Positions 45,305 to 55,443 are shown, counted from the first letter of the stretch. The stretch is DNA of 64,000 nt from an uncultured Alphaproteobacteria bacterium (GCA_934254585.1 CAKQLF010000003.1:39371-103370), one strand, 5' to 3'. Notes: generated by a model not told the origin, from the letters alone. Program-made: numbers and translations.

Positions 45305-46441
45305 ATGGTCGAAACAGAATACTATGATTTGTTGGAAGTGAGCACCACAGCCAACTCAGAAGAAATTAAAAAAGCTTTCCGCAAACAAGCAATGAAATAT
45401 CACCCCGACAGAAACCCTGGTGATAAAGAAGCCGAACAGAAGTTTAAGCAAATTAACGAAGCGTATGAGGTTTTGAAAGACGAGCAAAAACGCGCGGCTT
45501 ATGACCGCTATGGTAAAAACGCGTTTGCCGGCGGCGGAATGGGCGGCGGAAATCCGTTTGGCGGCGGGTTTGATTTTAACAGTGGCGGTTTTGCCGATGT
45601 GTTTAACGATATTTTTTCCGAATTTATGGGCGGTGGCGCGCGTCAGCGTTCATATAGCCAACGCGGCAGCGACTTGCGTTATAATTTGAATATCACATTG
45701 GAAGAAGCTTTTAACGGGGTGGAAAAAGAAATTGTTATTCCAACTACCAAAGAATGTGAAACTTGTCACGGTCACGGTACCAAAGACGGTAAAGAACCTG
45801 AAATATGCCCGACTTGCAAGGGGAGTGGTAAAGTACGCACTCAACAAGGCGGATTTTTTGTTTTTGAAACAGCTTGCCCAAATTGTAAGGGCACAGGGCG
45901 GGTGATTAAGGAAACTTGTTCTGATTGTCGCGGAGCCGGTCAGGTTAAAATCAATAAAAAGCTGAAAATAAACATTAAGGCCGGTATTGAAAGCAATATG
46001 CGGATTCGGGTAGCCGGTGAGGGAATGGCCGGTATTCACGGCGGTGAAAATGGTGATTTGTATGTTGGTATTGTGGTTGAGCCGCATAAGCTTTATGAGC
46101 GTCACGGCGATGATTTATACACGGCGATTCCAATTTCCGTAAGTTGCGCCATTTTAGGCGGTGAGGTGGAAATTCCGGCAATTGACGGAACAAAAGTTAA
46201 AGTGGAAGTTCCGGCCGGAACTCAAAATGATACGCTGATAAAAGTAAAAGGGCAGGGTATGCACTTGTATGATTCTGAACGCCGCGGAGATTTATATGTC
46301 AGTGCGAAAGTGATTATTCCGACTAAGCTTAACGCCAAACAAAAAGAGCTGATGGAAGCGTTTCGGGCAGAAAACAAAGACGATTCGTGTCAACCTGAAC
46401 TGAAAAGCTTTTTTGAGCGTATAAAAGATTTGTTTAAATAA
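45305..46441 (+). CDS. dnaJ: Molecular chaperone DnaJ
   Basis: J domain ([19 protein letters not shown]), Gly-rich linker, four CxxCxGxG zinc-finger repeats. Confidence 0.96.
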   Translation: MVETEYYDLLEVSTTANSEEIKKAFRKQAMKYHPDRNPGDKEAEQKFKQINEAYEVLKDEQKRAAYDRYGKNAFAGGGMGGGNPFGGGFDFNSGGFADVFNDIFSEFMGGGARQRSYSQRGSDLRYNLNITLEEAFNGVEKEIVIPTTKECETCHGHGTKDGKEPEICPTCKGSGKVRTQQGGFFVFETACPNCKGTGRVIKETCSDCRGAGQVKINKKLKINIKAGIESNMRIRVAGEGMAGIHGGENGDLYVGIVVEPHKLYERHGDDLYTAIPISVSCAILGGEVEIPAIDGTKVKVEVPAGTQNDTLIKVKGQGMHLYDSERRGDLYVSAKVIIPTKLNAKQKELMEAFRAENKDDSCQPELKSFFERIKDLFK

Positions 46442-46460
46442 TTTTTTATAATGGCACATA

Positions 46461-46501
46461 AAAAAAAGATTACCACCTCACAGGCAGTAATCTTTTTTTT
46501 G
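46461..46501. terminator. Bidirectional hairpin terminator between dnaJ and the convergent small gene
   Basis: A8-GATTAC...GTAATC-T8. Confidence 0.65.
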
Positions 46502-46507
46502 TAGATG

Positions 46508-46702
46508 TTAGAAACCATATCTCTTCTTATGCAAATGACCGGCCGCCACCGAAGCCAACGCAACAAAAGCGGAAACGCCGGCTATCATAAAAGCGTAAGC
46601 TGCAACAGTAAGATTTCCACTGAAACCGAAAATCCAAAACAACAGAATGCCAATTTCAGAGATAAATAGGCTAACACACCAAATTTTTTCAAACTTTGTC
46701 AT
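46508..46702 (-). CDS. Small two-TM membrane protein (64 aa), hypothetical
   Basis: Two hydrophobic helices and a basic C-terminus. Confidence 0.45.
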   Translation of the reverse strand: MTKFEKIWCVSLFISEIGILLFWIFGFSGNLTVAAYAFMIAGVSAFVALASVAAGHLHKKRYGF

Positions 46703-46976
46703 AAAATCAACGGGTTAATTTTAAGAGAGATGTCCTTTAACATATCCCGCTCTCTCTTTTAATTAAAAAAAATAAAAAACAAGTAACGGAAATATAGAGT
46801 GAAACATCTAAGCTTAAAAAAGCGCGGATAAAGACAAATTTACACACTAATAACCATAATACTTGAAAAACAGCCACATTATATCACGCAAATTATTTAT
46901 CGACAAGAAAAAAAGACAGAAGTATAGATAATATCTGACTTTTTTTTACTTTACATATAACATCCGATTTTTAGAG

Positions 46977-48461
46977 CTAAATGTCTATTTGATAGCCATT
47001 ATCTCGTTCAACTAACTGTGAAACCACATCAAAATCGGCGGAGTTGCACGAATAGATGGTGTATAAAGTTTCACCGGCTTTAACTCGGTCTCCGGTTTTT
47101 TTGTGTAAATCAACGCCGGAACCCAAACACTGAGTGGCACCGGCATATACTCCGATTTTGTTGATTGTTACGTTGCTTATGCTTTTCACCACCCCATCAT
47201 AAGGAGCTACAACATCTCGCACATATTGCCCCAGAGCCGGAACTTCATTGGCACCTTGAGAGTTGACAATTTTTTGAAAAGCTTCAAAGGCGCGTCCGCT
47301 TTCTAAGATTTCCTTTGCTAAAGCATAGCCCTGTCCGCCGCGCAATTGCGGATCAAATTCTAAAACGCGTCCGGCTAAAAATAGGGATTTTTCTTTCAAA
47401 TCAACAGGAGCGTCATCATAGTTGCGTAAAACTTTCATAACATCACGCGCCTCTAAAACCGCGCCCAAGCCGTTTCCAATCGGCTCGCTGCCATCGGTAA
47501 TTACGGCATCAATCTGTAAACCCAACATATCTCCGATATATTCAACTTGTTTACGGATGCGAATTGCCTCATTTGTCGAATGGATTCGCGCGTTTGCGCC
47601 AACCGGAATGTCTAAAACCAAATGACTGACGCCACTTGAAATCATCATCGCCAAAATAGAGGCAATAACCAACTCATTTTGGTTTATACCAAGTTGACTA
47701 CGCACATTTTGAAGTATGTGATTAACTTTTGTTTCTTCCAAGGTGTCATAATTAACCAGTGCGCCGTTATTTTCTCGTACCAATTTTTGAAATTTAGCAG
47801 CATTAAAGTCCACATTGGCCAAAGCTCCCATAGTATCGGCAACACCGGCGCAGGAAGTCAGAGAGCGAATTGCCGGTTTAGCCATAGGCAAACCATAGGC
47901 GGAAACAATTCCCAAAATAATCAAATCGGTTTTATTTCCGGCAACACCGCCTAAGCAATGCTGATTGACCACCATATTTTTTTCGTCCCAGTGCAAAACC
48001 TTTTGTGCAACCAAAGCTTCGGTTAAGGAAACCAATTCTGTCGCGCTCATAGAAGCGGAACACGCCACCAAAAAGGCCGATATATCGGTTTGAGAATAGC
48101 GTCCCGAGGCAATATCGTTAATAATTGCCGCATATTCTCCGGAAGTTAAAATTTCTCCAGCTATTTTGCGGTGAAGAGCCGCGCTACTCGCCGACGGTGC
48201 TGCCAGATTTATATTGATTTCCGAGCCTTCCGATAAGTTTAGAGCGTTAAAAGCATCATCATTTAAACCTATTTCATCGGCGGATAATAAATTGTCATCA
48301 TCTGCAATTTGCAGAAAAGCATAAATAATTTTTCCGCCTTTCTGCAGTTCAATTCGCGTTATTTTATTGATGTCATCAACCCGATATTGTGAGCAATGTT
48401 TATGAATATAGGCAATATTTTCCCCAAATGAATTAACAGGTATATGTTTTACTTTTAACAT
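46977..48461 (-). CDS. Thymidine phosphorylase-family protein (long, about 500-aa type)
   Basis: 494 aa. Glycosyl-transferase family-3 core (HCLGGVAGNKTDLII, SLTSCAGVADTM), pyrimidine-nucleoside-phosphorylase C-terminal domain (VKAGETLYTIYS). Confidence 0.8.
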   Translation of the reverse strand: MLKVKHIPVNSFGENIAYIHKHCSQYRVDDINKITRIELQKGGKIIYAFLQIADDDNLLSADEIGLNDDAFNALNLSEGSEININLAAPSASSAALHRKIAGEILTSGEYAAIINDIASGRYSQTDISAFLVACSASMSATELVSLTEALVAQKVLHWDEKNMVVNQHCLGGVAGNKTDLIILGIVSAYGLPMAKPAIRSLTSCAGVADTMGALANVDFNAAKFQKLVRENNGALVNYDTLEETKVNHILQNVRSQLGINQNELVIASILAMMISSGVSHLVLDIPVGANARIHSTNEAIRIRKQVEYIGDMLGLQIDAVITDGSEPIGNGLGAVLEARDVMKVLRNYDDAPVDLKEKSLFLAGRVLEFDPQLRGGQGYALAKEILESGRAFEAFQKIVNSQGANEVPALGQYVRDVVAPYDGVVKSISNVTINKIGVYAGATQCLGSGVDLHKKTGDRVKAGETLYTIYSCNSADFDVVSQLVERDNGYQIDI

Positions 48462-48474
48462 TCAAACCTCACTA

Positions 48475-49110
48475 TTAACGATATACTAAAACAATTCCGG
48501 CTCCATCTTGACAAACATTGGCGGCGGCACCAATTCCTAAAGGTGCCGGATAAGACGAATTGCCCACGATGCCGATTGCTTTGTTAGAAGTTGAAGAGCC
48601 CTGAGAATTTATTACTTTTTTGGTTATATCTGTAACACTCGCTTTGGCTTTTACATTACTGACAACACCCATTCCCAAAAAGCCGCTTGAAGACGGGCCG
48701 CCCCAGTTGTTTGTAGACATTTGCATACAAGTTTCTTCTGACAAATTATCAATAGTTACGGCAAACACTCCATTGTCAGAATAATAAACAACGTCAAACG
48801 CCGAGTTTGCGGTTCCGCATAAATTTCCGCCACAATCATCATAACCATTGTATAATGCGCTAGGCAGTCCCTTGGCGTTTCCTAAATAAGAAACCATTGA
48901 GCCGCTCGTATATCCGTCAGCTAAATATTCCCGAACCATTTTTTTGGCGTGACTGGCTAAATCTCCGGTTTCGTCAATAATTTGCGTTGCCTCATAAGAA
49001 TCTTGCATTTTATTTATCATATTTATGCCGCCAACACTCAAAACACCGATAATCGCTAAGACACCCAGCATTTCAATCATACTACGTCCTTGTTCGTTCA
49101 TATTTTTCAT
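48475..49110 (-). CDS. Type IV pilin-like protein (paralog C)
   Basis: MKNMNEQG-RSMIEMLGVLAIIGVLSVGGI: short basic leader, Gly, then Glu at +5. Cys pairs in the C-terminal half. Confidence 0.8.
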   Translation of the reverse strand: MKNMNEQGRSMIEMLGVLAIIGVLSVGGINMINKMQDSYEATQIIDETGDLASHAKKMVREYLADGYTSGSMVSYLGNAKGLPSALYNGYDDCGGNLCGTANSAFDVVYYSDNGVFAVTIDNLSEETCMQMSTNNWGGPSSSGFLGMGVVSNVKAKASVTDITKKVINSQGSSTSNKAIGIVGNSSYPAPLGIGAAANVCQDGAGIVLVYR

Positions 49111-49130
49111 CTCTTATTCCTTTCTGTTAA

Positions 49131-49691
49131 TTACATACAGCCCTTAAAATCAATGTGTATATTATTCTTTTTTCTGCTGCAAGCTTTTACGGCTGTGGCC
49201 ATATCAATAGCATCGTAAAACTTTCTGTCGTTAAGCATTATATATTCAAAACCCAGGTTATTATTTTTCTTTATAATATTTGAAGTTACCAATTTCATAC
49301 AGTCAGTGTCACCGAGGCCGATAATTTGAACACTAAACCCTGTTAAAACGGAAGAAACAACTCCCGATTCATATATAGTATATGTTGCGTCAGAATCTCC
49401 GATAAATTTACTTTTACCGTCATATTCCCAATTTTTAGGGTAGGCGTTATTTTTATACATAAACATTGAGAGATTCCCTCTGCCATCGGTATCGTAGGCT
49501 TCATCATATTGGCACGACATTTTTTTTGCCAAATTAACAAATTCGGCTACATCGGCAACTAACTGTGCTGATTTTTGACTTGCCTGCATACGTCCTATCA
49601 CTTGCAAGCCCCCCACACTTAAAACGCCGATAATGGCTAAAACGCCTAGCATTTCAATCATTGAACGACCTGTCTCGGATATTTTTATCAT
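49131..49691 (-). CDS. Type IV pilin-like protein (paralog D)
   Basis: MIKISETG-RSMIEMLGVLAIIGVLSVGGL. GAGGAG RBS. Confidence 0.8.
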   Translation of the reverse strand: MIKISETGRSMIEMLGVLAIIGVLSVGGLQVIGRMQASQKSAQLVADVAEFVNLAKKMSCQYDEAYDTDGRGNLSMFMYKNNAYPKNWEYDGKSKFIGDSDATYTIYESGVVSSVLTGFSVQIIGLGDTDCMKLVTSNIIKKNNNLGFEYIMLNDRKFYDAIDMATAVKACSRKKNNIHIDFKGCM

Positions 49692-49704
49692 TAAATTCTC
49701 CTCA

Positions 49705-49750
49705 AATAAGATAACAAGAAAACAGCTCCGTTTCAGAACTGTTTTCTTGT
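49705..49750 (-). terminator. Perfect 12-bp hairpin after the 702-aa gene
   Basis: ACAAGAAAACAG, 13 nt loop, CTGTTTTCTTGT, followed on the minus strand by TATCTTATTT. Confidence 0.6.
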
Positions 49751-49758
49751 CGCTGTTT

Positions 49759-51867
49759 TTATTTTCTGTCTTTAGGCTTCATAACCTCAGGAGCTTTTTG
49801 CACCTGTTTAATTTGGTTGGTAACCGGTTTATAAACGGTTTGCTGCCACGGGCTTTCTTCAACATATTCGTGTCCGCAAATACTTATACCCAAGCTGCGT
49901 AAAGCCGTTTCAGTCGGAATAAATATATCTAATCCGTCGTTAGTTTTTACACCGGAAGGAGCCATACCGTTTATGGTGCAATCCTTATAAATCAGCGCGC
50001 CTCCCACTGTTACGTTTTGAATAAAGGTATTGGCTAAAATTTCCGCACCTTTAGCTTCGGTGTAACGATAACCTTCAACTCTCGCGCTGTTTTCCAGATA
50101 GTCTTCACCATCTTTAAAGTCGTTAACATCTAACAAACCCAAAGTCAAGAAACCGTTTCGTCCCACTTCCGGCAAATTCAGATTTAAGGCCAACGGAGTA
50201 TATTTAGTGGCTTTGTCAAGCATAAACAATGCGGTGTTTTTAATCGGGTTAATGCGTACCGCTCTGGCATTAAGCTTATCTCCGCGAACAGTGAAAATTT
50301 CATAGTTGTTGTTTGCTTTGTCAACCAAATCACCCGAAGTCAAAATAAAGCGGTCAGAAATCAGCAATCCGGCACCTTTGCGTCCGTTAGGGCTTTTTAT
50401 TTGCACAATTGACGAGCGTAGACGATAAATAGTTTCCGGCGACAATTGTTTGCACGGGTCTGTGGCGTTGACGCAGAAATTATCCAAAGCTTTGACATCA
50501 CCGGTATCAATCCAAGTGTCGTCAACCACTTGACACATTCCGTCGGCCTTAACATTGCCGTTTTCATCAATGCACGAATTAATCAAGTCAGTAGTGCTGA
50601 CAACATTGCCGTCTTCAACTATTTCATCAATAATAACTCCGCCGTCGGCAATAACTCCGCCGTCTTCTTCAATAATTTGCGGTGTTTCCACAACTTCAAC
50701 AGGAATAGGAGTGGTACAAGGAGCACAGCCGCTGGCAATATAGCCGCCGTTTTCATAAACTTCCGGCATCATAGTCATATTTTGTGTTTGACATTGGCAA
50801 GGCTGACAAGGCTGGCACATTGCCGGATTAAATTCCGGTCGGCCGATTTCACAGCGTGTTGCGCACTGATATTCTTGTTTATATCCGCATTTAGCCGGAT
50901 CTAAAGCTCTTTCTTCTTCAATTAAGGCTAAACGCTGCGCTGTCATATCTTCAGGTGAAACTCGGGTTGAAAGACGTTCTTCAAACCCCGGCAAATTGCG
51001 TAAATTGCCGGTTGCGTCGGCAAACGCTCTTTCAATCAGTTTAATTTCGCCGTTTACTTCGCCTTCATCAAGTTCGCCATAACCGGTACTTTCGCCTTTC
51101 CAATAAATTTTGGTTTGTGTCAAATCCATCAATCTCCAAACCACGGTAATTTCGGAAGAGCCTTTGCGTTCGTTGTTCTTTTGAGCTTTATCCCAATTAT
51201 ATTCATCACAAATGTTCATAAAATAATCGGTGATTTCGGCGGTCAACACATATTCCGGAAGTTCGGAAGGTGTGTTTTCTAAGCACAAATCGTGCGGCAT
51301 AGGCAAAACTTTATAACAATCGCCGACAACATCTTCAAACACGCTGTTAAAGGCTATGTTTTTTTCTAAAACACGTCCTTTGTTCAGAGTTGCTTCTTTG
51401 TCATAGCGGCGGCAACCGAAAATGCGAAAACGATAATTTCCCAATTTGGTTGAATAAGGTTCATCGATTCCATTCTTTTTGATGCGAAAATCAACGTGCG
51501 CCAAAGCTAAAGGAGCCATCTGGCAACAGTTGCGCATTGTTGCTTCATAAACCACAGGCGTGTAAGGAACATAATTCTTGATTTTTATTCTTTCCGGCTG
51601 CCGTTCAGAACATTTTTTGCAAGGTCCGGGGAACAGACTGCCGTCTTTTGTGCAGGATTTGCACGGTCCACCGGGAAACAAGCTGCCGTCTTTATCATTG
51701 TTATCGCAGCCGACGCACGACCCGCCCGGAAACAAACTTCCGTCACGATCTTCCTGCTGAGCGACTTTTGCGCCATTGCCATAACCGGCTGCTATTGCCG
51801 CTGTGCCAAGCAAGCTTATTCCTGCCACTATCACGGCCAAATATGATATTTTGCGAGATTTATTCAT
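49759..51867 (-). CDS. Secreted Cys-rich protein with a C-terminal trypsin-like domain that appears to lack the catalytic triad
   Basis: Signal peptide. Three DGSLFPG(G)xC..C repeats. CQPCQPCQCQ. C-terminal GAGLLISDRFILTSGDLV / NTALFML / VGGALI occupy the places where S1 proteases have TNAHV / DIAL / GDSGGP. Confidence 0.7.
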   Translation of the reverse strand: MNKSRKISYLAVIVAGISLLGTAAIAAGYGNGAKVAQQEDRDGSLFPGGSCVGCDNNDKDGSLFPGGPCKSCTKDGSLFPGPCKKCSERQPERIKIKNYVPYTPVVYEATMRNCCQMAPLALAHVDFRIKKNGIDEPYSTKLGNYRFRIFGCRRYDKEATLNKGRVLEKNIAFNSVFEDVVGDCYKVLPMPHDLCLENTPSELPEYVLTAEITDYFMNICDEYNWDKAQKNNERKGSSEITVVWRLMDLTQTKIYWKGESTGYGELDEGEVNGEIKLIERAFADATGNLRNLPGFEERLSTRVSPEDMTAQRLALIEEERALDPAKCGYKQEYQCATRCEIGRPEFNPAMCQPCQPCQCQTQNMTMMPEVYENGGYIASGCAPCTTPIPVEVVETPQIIEEDGGVIADGGVIIDEIVEDGNVVSTTDLINSCIDENGNVKADGMCQVVDDTWIDTGDVKALDNFCVNATDPCKQLSPETIYRLRSSIVQIKSPNGRKGAGLLISDRFILTSGDLVDKANNNYEIFTVRGDKLNARAVRINPIKNTALFMLDKATKYTPLALNLNLPEVGRNGFLTLGLLDVNDFKDGEDYLENSARVEGYRYTEAKGAEILANTFIQNVTVGGALIYKDCTINGMAPSGVKTNDGLDIFIPTETALRSLGISICGHEYVEESPWQQTVYKPVTNQIKQVQKAPEVMKPKDRK

Positions 51868-51879
51868 AAATTTGTTCTC

Positions 51880-53403
51880 CTATACCTGTTTAGATGGCAT
51901 TACATAACGATATGACAATGCCTCCGCTATATGTATTTTAGATACATTTTGTTCATTTTGCAAGTCTGCAATTGTGCGTGCCAATTTTAAAATGCGATGA
52001 TAAGCTCGAGCCGACATTTTCATTTTATCGGCAAAGCCTATCAACATTTTTTGCGTTTCCGCATCAAGCTTTGTCACTTCTTCCAATATATCACCTTTTA
52101 ACTGAGAGTTAGTGTGCAATGTCGGAAATCCTAATTTTTTGAAACGTTCTTCCTGAATTTTACGCGCGGCAATCACTCGTTTGCGAATAACGGCCGAACT
52201 TTCGCCTTTTTTGACTTCGGAAATTTCCCACGGGCTGACAGGCGGAACTTGAATGTGAATATCAAATCTGTCCATCAAGGGGCCGGAAATTCGTGATTGA
52301 TATTCTTCGGCACATTTGGGTGCGCGCGAACATTCTTGTCCCTGACACCCCAAATAGCCGCAACGGCACGGATTCATTGCCGCAATCAGCTGAAAATTTG
52401 CCGGATATTGAGTGTGACAGTTGACTCTGGAAATGCTGACATAGCCGGTTTCAATCGGTTGACGCAAAGCTTCCAGCGTGGCGCGGTTAAATTCCGGAAG
52501 TTCATCTAAAAACAGTACACCGTTATGGGCTAGTGATATTTCCCCTGGAACACCTTTACGCCCGCCGCCGATAAGAGCCGGTGTAGATGCGTTGTGATGC
52601 GGGTCACGATAAGGACGTTCAAAACTTATTTCACCATTTTTCAGCTCGCCGGCAATAGAATGAATCATACAAGTTTCCAAAGCTTCTTCAGTTGTTAACG
52701 GAGGCAAAATGGTTGTTAAACGCGAGGCCAACATAGATTTTCCTGCCCCCGGAGTGCCGACCATCAACATATTGTGCGCGCCGGCAGCGGCAATTTCCAA
52801 CGCTCTTTTAGCCGTTTCCTGACCTTTAACATCAGACATATCAAGCGTGGAAACAGTGCTTTTTCTCTGGCGTATTTCCGGTTTTGGCAGTTGTTGCACT
52901 CCCTTAAAGTGATTAATAAGAGCAAGCAAACTCGGGGCGGCGACAATATCTTGCAATCCGGACCAAACGGCCTCGCTGCCTTCTGCTTCGGGGCAAACCA
53001 AACCTTTATGGCGGCGATTCGCGTGAATTGCCACCGGCAAAACTCCGTTGACAGGCATAATTGCACCGTCTAAACCTAATTCACCAATCACAATGTAATC
53101 GGAAATTTCTTCCGGCGGCACCACGCCCAAGCCGGCCAAAATTGCCAGAGCAATAGGCAAATCGAAATGCGAGCCCTCTTTAAGTAAATCTGCCGGAGCC
53201 AAGTTAATTATTATTCTTTTAGCCGGAAGTTCAATACCAATGGCATTTAAGGCGGCGCGCACGCGTTCTTTGCTTTCGGCAATGGTTTTGTCGGGCAAAC
53301 CGACAATTGTAAACGCCGGAAGACCGGACGAAATCTGCAATTGTAAATCAACGTCCAGCGTATCCAATCCGTTAAAAGCTATGGTATTAACATGAGCCTG
53401 CAT
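51880..53403 (-). CDS. comM: Mg-chelatase-like ATPase ComM/YifB
   Basis: Lon-like N-terminal domain, Walker A GTPGAGKS, LFLDELPEF, C-terminal ChlI domain. Confidence 0.92.
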   Translation of the reverse strand: MQAHVNTIAFNGLDTLDVDLQLQISSGLPAFTIVGLPDKTIAESKERVRAALNAIGIELPAKRIIINLAPADLLKEGSHFDLPIALAILAGLGVVPPEEISDYIVIGELGLDGAIMPVNGVLPVAIHANRRHKGLVCPEAEGSEAVWSGLQDIVAAPSLLALINHFKGVQQLPKPEIRQRKSTVSTLDMSDVKGQETAKRALEIAAAGAHNMLMVGTPGAGKSMLASRLTTILPPLTTEEALETCMIHSIAGELKNGEISFERPYRDPHHNASTPALIGGGRKGVPGEISLAHNGVLFLDELPEFNRATLEALRQPIETGYVSISRVNCHTQYPANFQLIAAMNPCRCGYLGCQGQECSRAPKCAEEYQSRISGPLMDRFDIHIQVPPVSPWEISEVKKGESSAVIRKRVIAARKIQEERFKKLGFPTLHTNSQLKGDILEEVTKLDAETQKMLIGFADKMKMSARAYHRILKLARTIADLQNEQNVSKIHIAEALSYRYVMPSKQV

Positions 53404-53418
53404 TGTTTTTCTTTACTC

Positions 53419-54027
53419 CTACCACCTTGGCACGGTTTCGCCGTTGCGCCAACGCCGTGTCGGAAAACTACCGGCTTTAAGCGCGTCATATTTTGACGAC
53501 ATTGTCGGCACATTGCGCAATTGTGTGTAGCCGGCACATTCCAAGCGTTCTATACACTCGGCAATTTGCTCGTTATTGCCGCGGCAATAGGCTAACACGC
53601 GGGTTTGCAAATTTTGCATAACCACCTGATTCGGATAATATTTATTGTTTAGCACATCAGGAAATTCGCCTTCAATGTCATCGGCAGAAATTTCCTCATC
53701 TTCATCATCTTTAGTTTTACCTTCAATCTTGTTGTTTTCGATTAAAGTCTGTTCTTCAAGCTTTTCTTCTTGTTCGTTCAATCGGGCTAATTCAGCCGAA
53801 GATTCTGCATAGCCGTAAATTTGCGGAATGTAATCCATACACCCCGGAACTTGATAGGCACCGGCATCGTCATAAACCACCACCATTGTTTCTTGTTGAC
53901 AAGATGGATAGGCATAGCCGTCCGGTTCGGTCTGAGAATAATTTTTTTGCGAAGTTCCGTCAATTTCAACACAGGCGGCTAAAAACACCGCGCTGAATCC
54001 GATTAAAAACTTTTTCAAATTTATCAT
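53419..54027 (-). CDS. Hypothetical lipoprotein
   Basis: Lipobox FLAAC, acidic middle region, several Cys. Confidence 0.65.
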   Translation of the reverse strand: MINLKKFLIGFSAVFLAACVEIDGTSQKNYSQTEPDGYAYPSCQQETMVVVYDDAGAYQVPGCMDYIPQIYGYAESSAELARLNEQEEKLEEQTLIENNKIEGKTKDDEDEEISADDIEGEFPDVLNNKYYPNQVVMQNLQTRVLAYCRGNNEQIAECIERLECAGYTQLRNVPTMSSKYDALKAGSFPTRRWRNGETVPRW

Positions 54028-54118
54028 ATTTCCTCTGCTAAAAAGCCATTTTTTGTCAGCATATATCTAAAACGTTAAAATAATATTTAAGAAAAGCGGA
54101 TAAAAAATAAAAAAATCC

Positions 54119-54243
54119 TTGCATTTACGGGTGTTTCGTGTATATTAACCCACGTCCCTTGCCGAAATTTATGGTTCGGCTATACATTAACCGACTCTGC
54201 CAAGAGTCATTTGTTGAGTAATCCATAAGGAGATATTAAAAAT
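54119..54243 (+). promoter_or_regulatory. Promoter candidate (TTGCAT-16 nt-TATATT) plus a structured ~90-nt leader upstream of rpsF
   Basis: Leader contains the GCCGAA...TTCGGC and GACTCT...AGAGTC hairpins. Position is compatible with an S6:S18 autoregulatory rpsF leader. Confidence 0.4.
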
Positions 54244-54582
54244 ATGGCAAATTATGAAAGCGTTTTAATCGCTCGTCAGGATCTCGGCGCATCTCAAATT
54301 AACACTCTCGTTTCAGATTTGAGCGAAGTGATTAAAAAAGAAGGCGGCGAAGTAGTAAAAGTTGATAATTGGGGCTTGAAAAATTTAGCTTACCGTATCA
54401 AGAAAAACCGTAAAGGTTATTATGTTTTGTTAAACATTGTTGCTCCGGCTAAAGCTGTTGCAGAATACGAAAGACTAATCAGATTAAACGAAGATGTTAT
54501 TCGTTATATGACAGTCAAAGTAGAAGATTTCAATAACGATATGGCTTCAGAAGAAGATTCTGCTGCCGTTGCAGAAGCATAA
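54244..54582 (+). CDS. rpsF: 30S ribosomal protein S6
   Basis: [14 protein letters not shown]...[19 protein letters not shown]. Confidence 0.95.
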   Translation: MANYESVLIARQDLGASQINTLVSDLSEVIKKEGGEVVKVDNWGLKNLAYRIKKNRKGYYVLLNIVAPAKAVAEYERLIRLNEDVIRYMTVKVEDFNNDMASEEDSAAVAEA

Positions 54583-54595
54583 GGAGTTTACAACA

Positions 54596-54820
54596 ATGGC
54601 TAAACAAACATTTTTCAAAAGAAAAACTTGTCCATTTTCAGGTGAAAACGGCTTGAAAATTGATTACAAAGATGTAAAACTTCTGTCTCGTTACGTTTCA
54701 GAAAAAGGTAAAATTATTCCTTCACGCATCACCTCTGTTTCTGCTAAAAAACAAAGAGAATTGGCTCGCGCTATCAAACGCGCTCGTTATATTGCTTTGT
54801 TACCGTATGTTGCTATGTAG
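54596..54820 (+). CDS. rpsR: 30S ribosomal protein S18
   Basis: [59 protein letters not shown] before ATG 54596. Confidence 0.95.
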   Translation: MAKQTFFKRKTCPFSGENGLKIDYKDVKLLSRYVSEKGKIIPSRITSVSAKKQRELARAIKRARYIALLPYVAM

Positions 54821-54826
54821 GAGGAT

Positions 54827-55315
54827 ATGATGGAAGTAATTTTACTCGAACACGTAGAAAAATTGGGCAGAATGGGCGATAAAGTTAATGTTAAAAACGG
54901 TTACGCCCGTAACTATTTGTTGCCTCAAGGTAAAGCTTTGCGCGCTACCGAAAACAATATGGCTTATTTTGAAGCTCAAAAAGCAGCTTTGGAAGCTCAT
55001 AACCAAGAATTGTTTGAAACAGCTTCTAAATTGGCAGAATCTTTGAATGGCTTTAACGCTGTGTTGATTCGTCAAGCTGCCGAAACAGGTCAACTTTATG
55101 GTTCTGTAACTATTCGTGACATTGCTGCCGCTATTAAAGATGCCGGCTTTGATGTTGCCCGTCGTTATGTTTATTTGGAAAAACCTATCAAAGATTTGGG
55201 TATTTACCAAGTAAAATTGAACTTGCATCCGGAAGTTTCTCAAACAATTTTGATTAATATTGCCAGAACTTCGGAAGAAGCTAAAAAGCAAGCTAAAGCT
55301 TATAACCAAGAATAA
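54827..55315 (+). CDS. rplI: 50S ribosomal protein L9
   Basis: MEVILLEHVEKLGRMGDKVNVKNGYARNYLLPQGKA. Confidence 0.95.
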   Translation: MMEVILLEHVEKLGRMGDKVNVKNGYARNYLLPQGKALRATENNMAYFEAQKAALEAHNQELFETASKLAESLNGFNAVLIRQAAETGQLYGSVTIRDIAAAIKDAGFDVARRYVYLEKPIKDLGIYQVKLNLHPEVSQTILINIARTSEEAKKQAKAYNQE

Positions 55316-55339
55316 TTTTTATTCGGTTGTAAATCAAAT

Positions 55340-55373
55340 TCCCTCCGCTTTATTCGCAGAGGGGATTTTTTTT
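55340..55373 (+). terminator. Rho-independent terminator after rplI
   Basis: CCCTCCGC...GCAGAGGG hairpin followed by a T9 run. Confidence 0.7.
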
Positions 55374-55443
55374 ACCGAGATTAAATTAAGTGTTATCAAT
55401 TTGCCGATAGACAACGCAGTTTTCGGAATGTCTTTCTTGTAAG

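Noticed and set aside
54842-55309. 155-aa minus-strand ORF
   Set aside because: It is antisense to rplI, which has a textbook L9 sequence.
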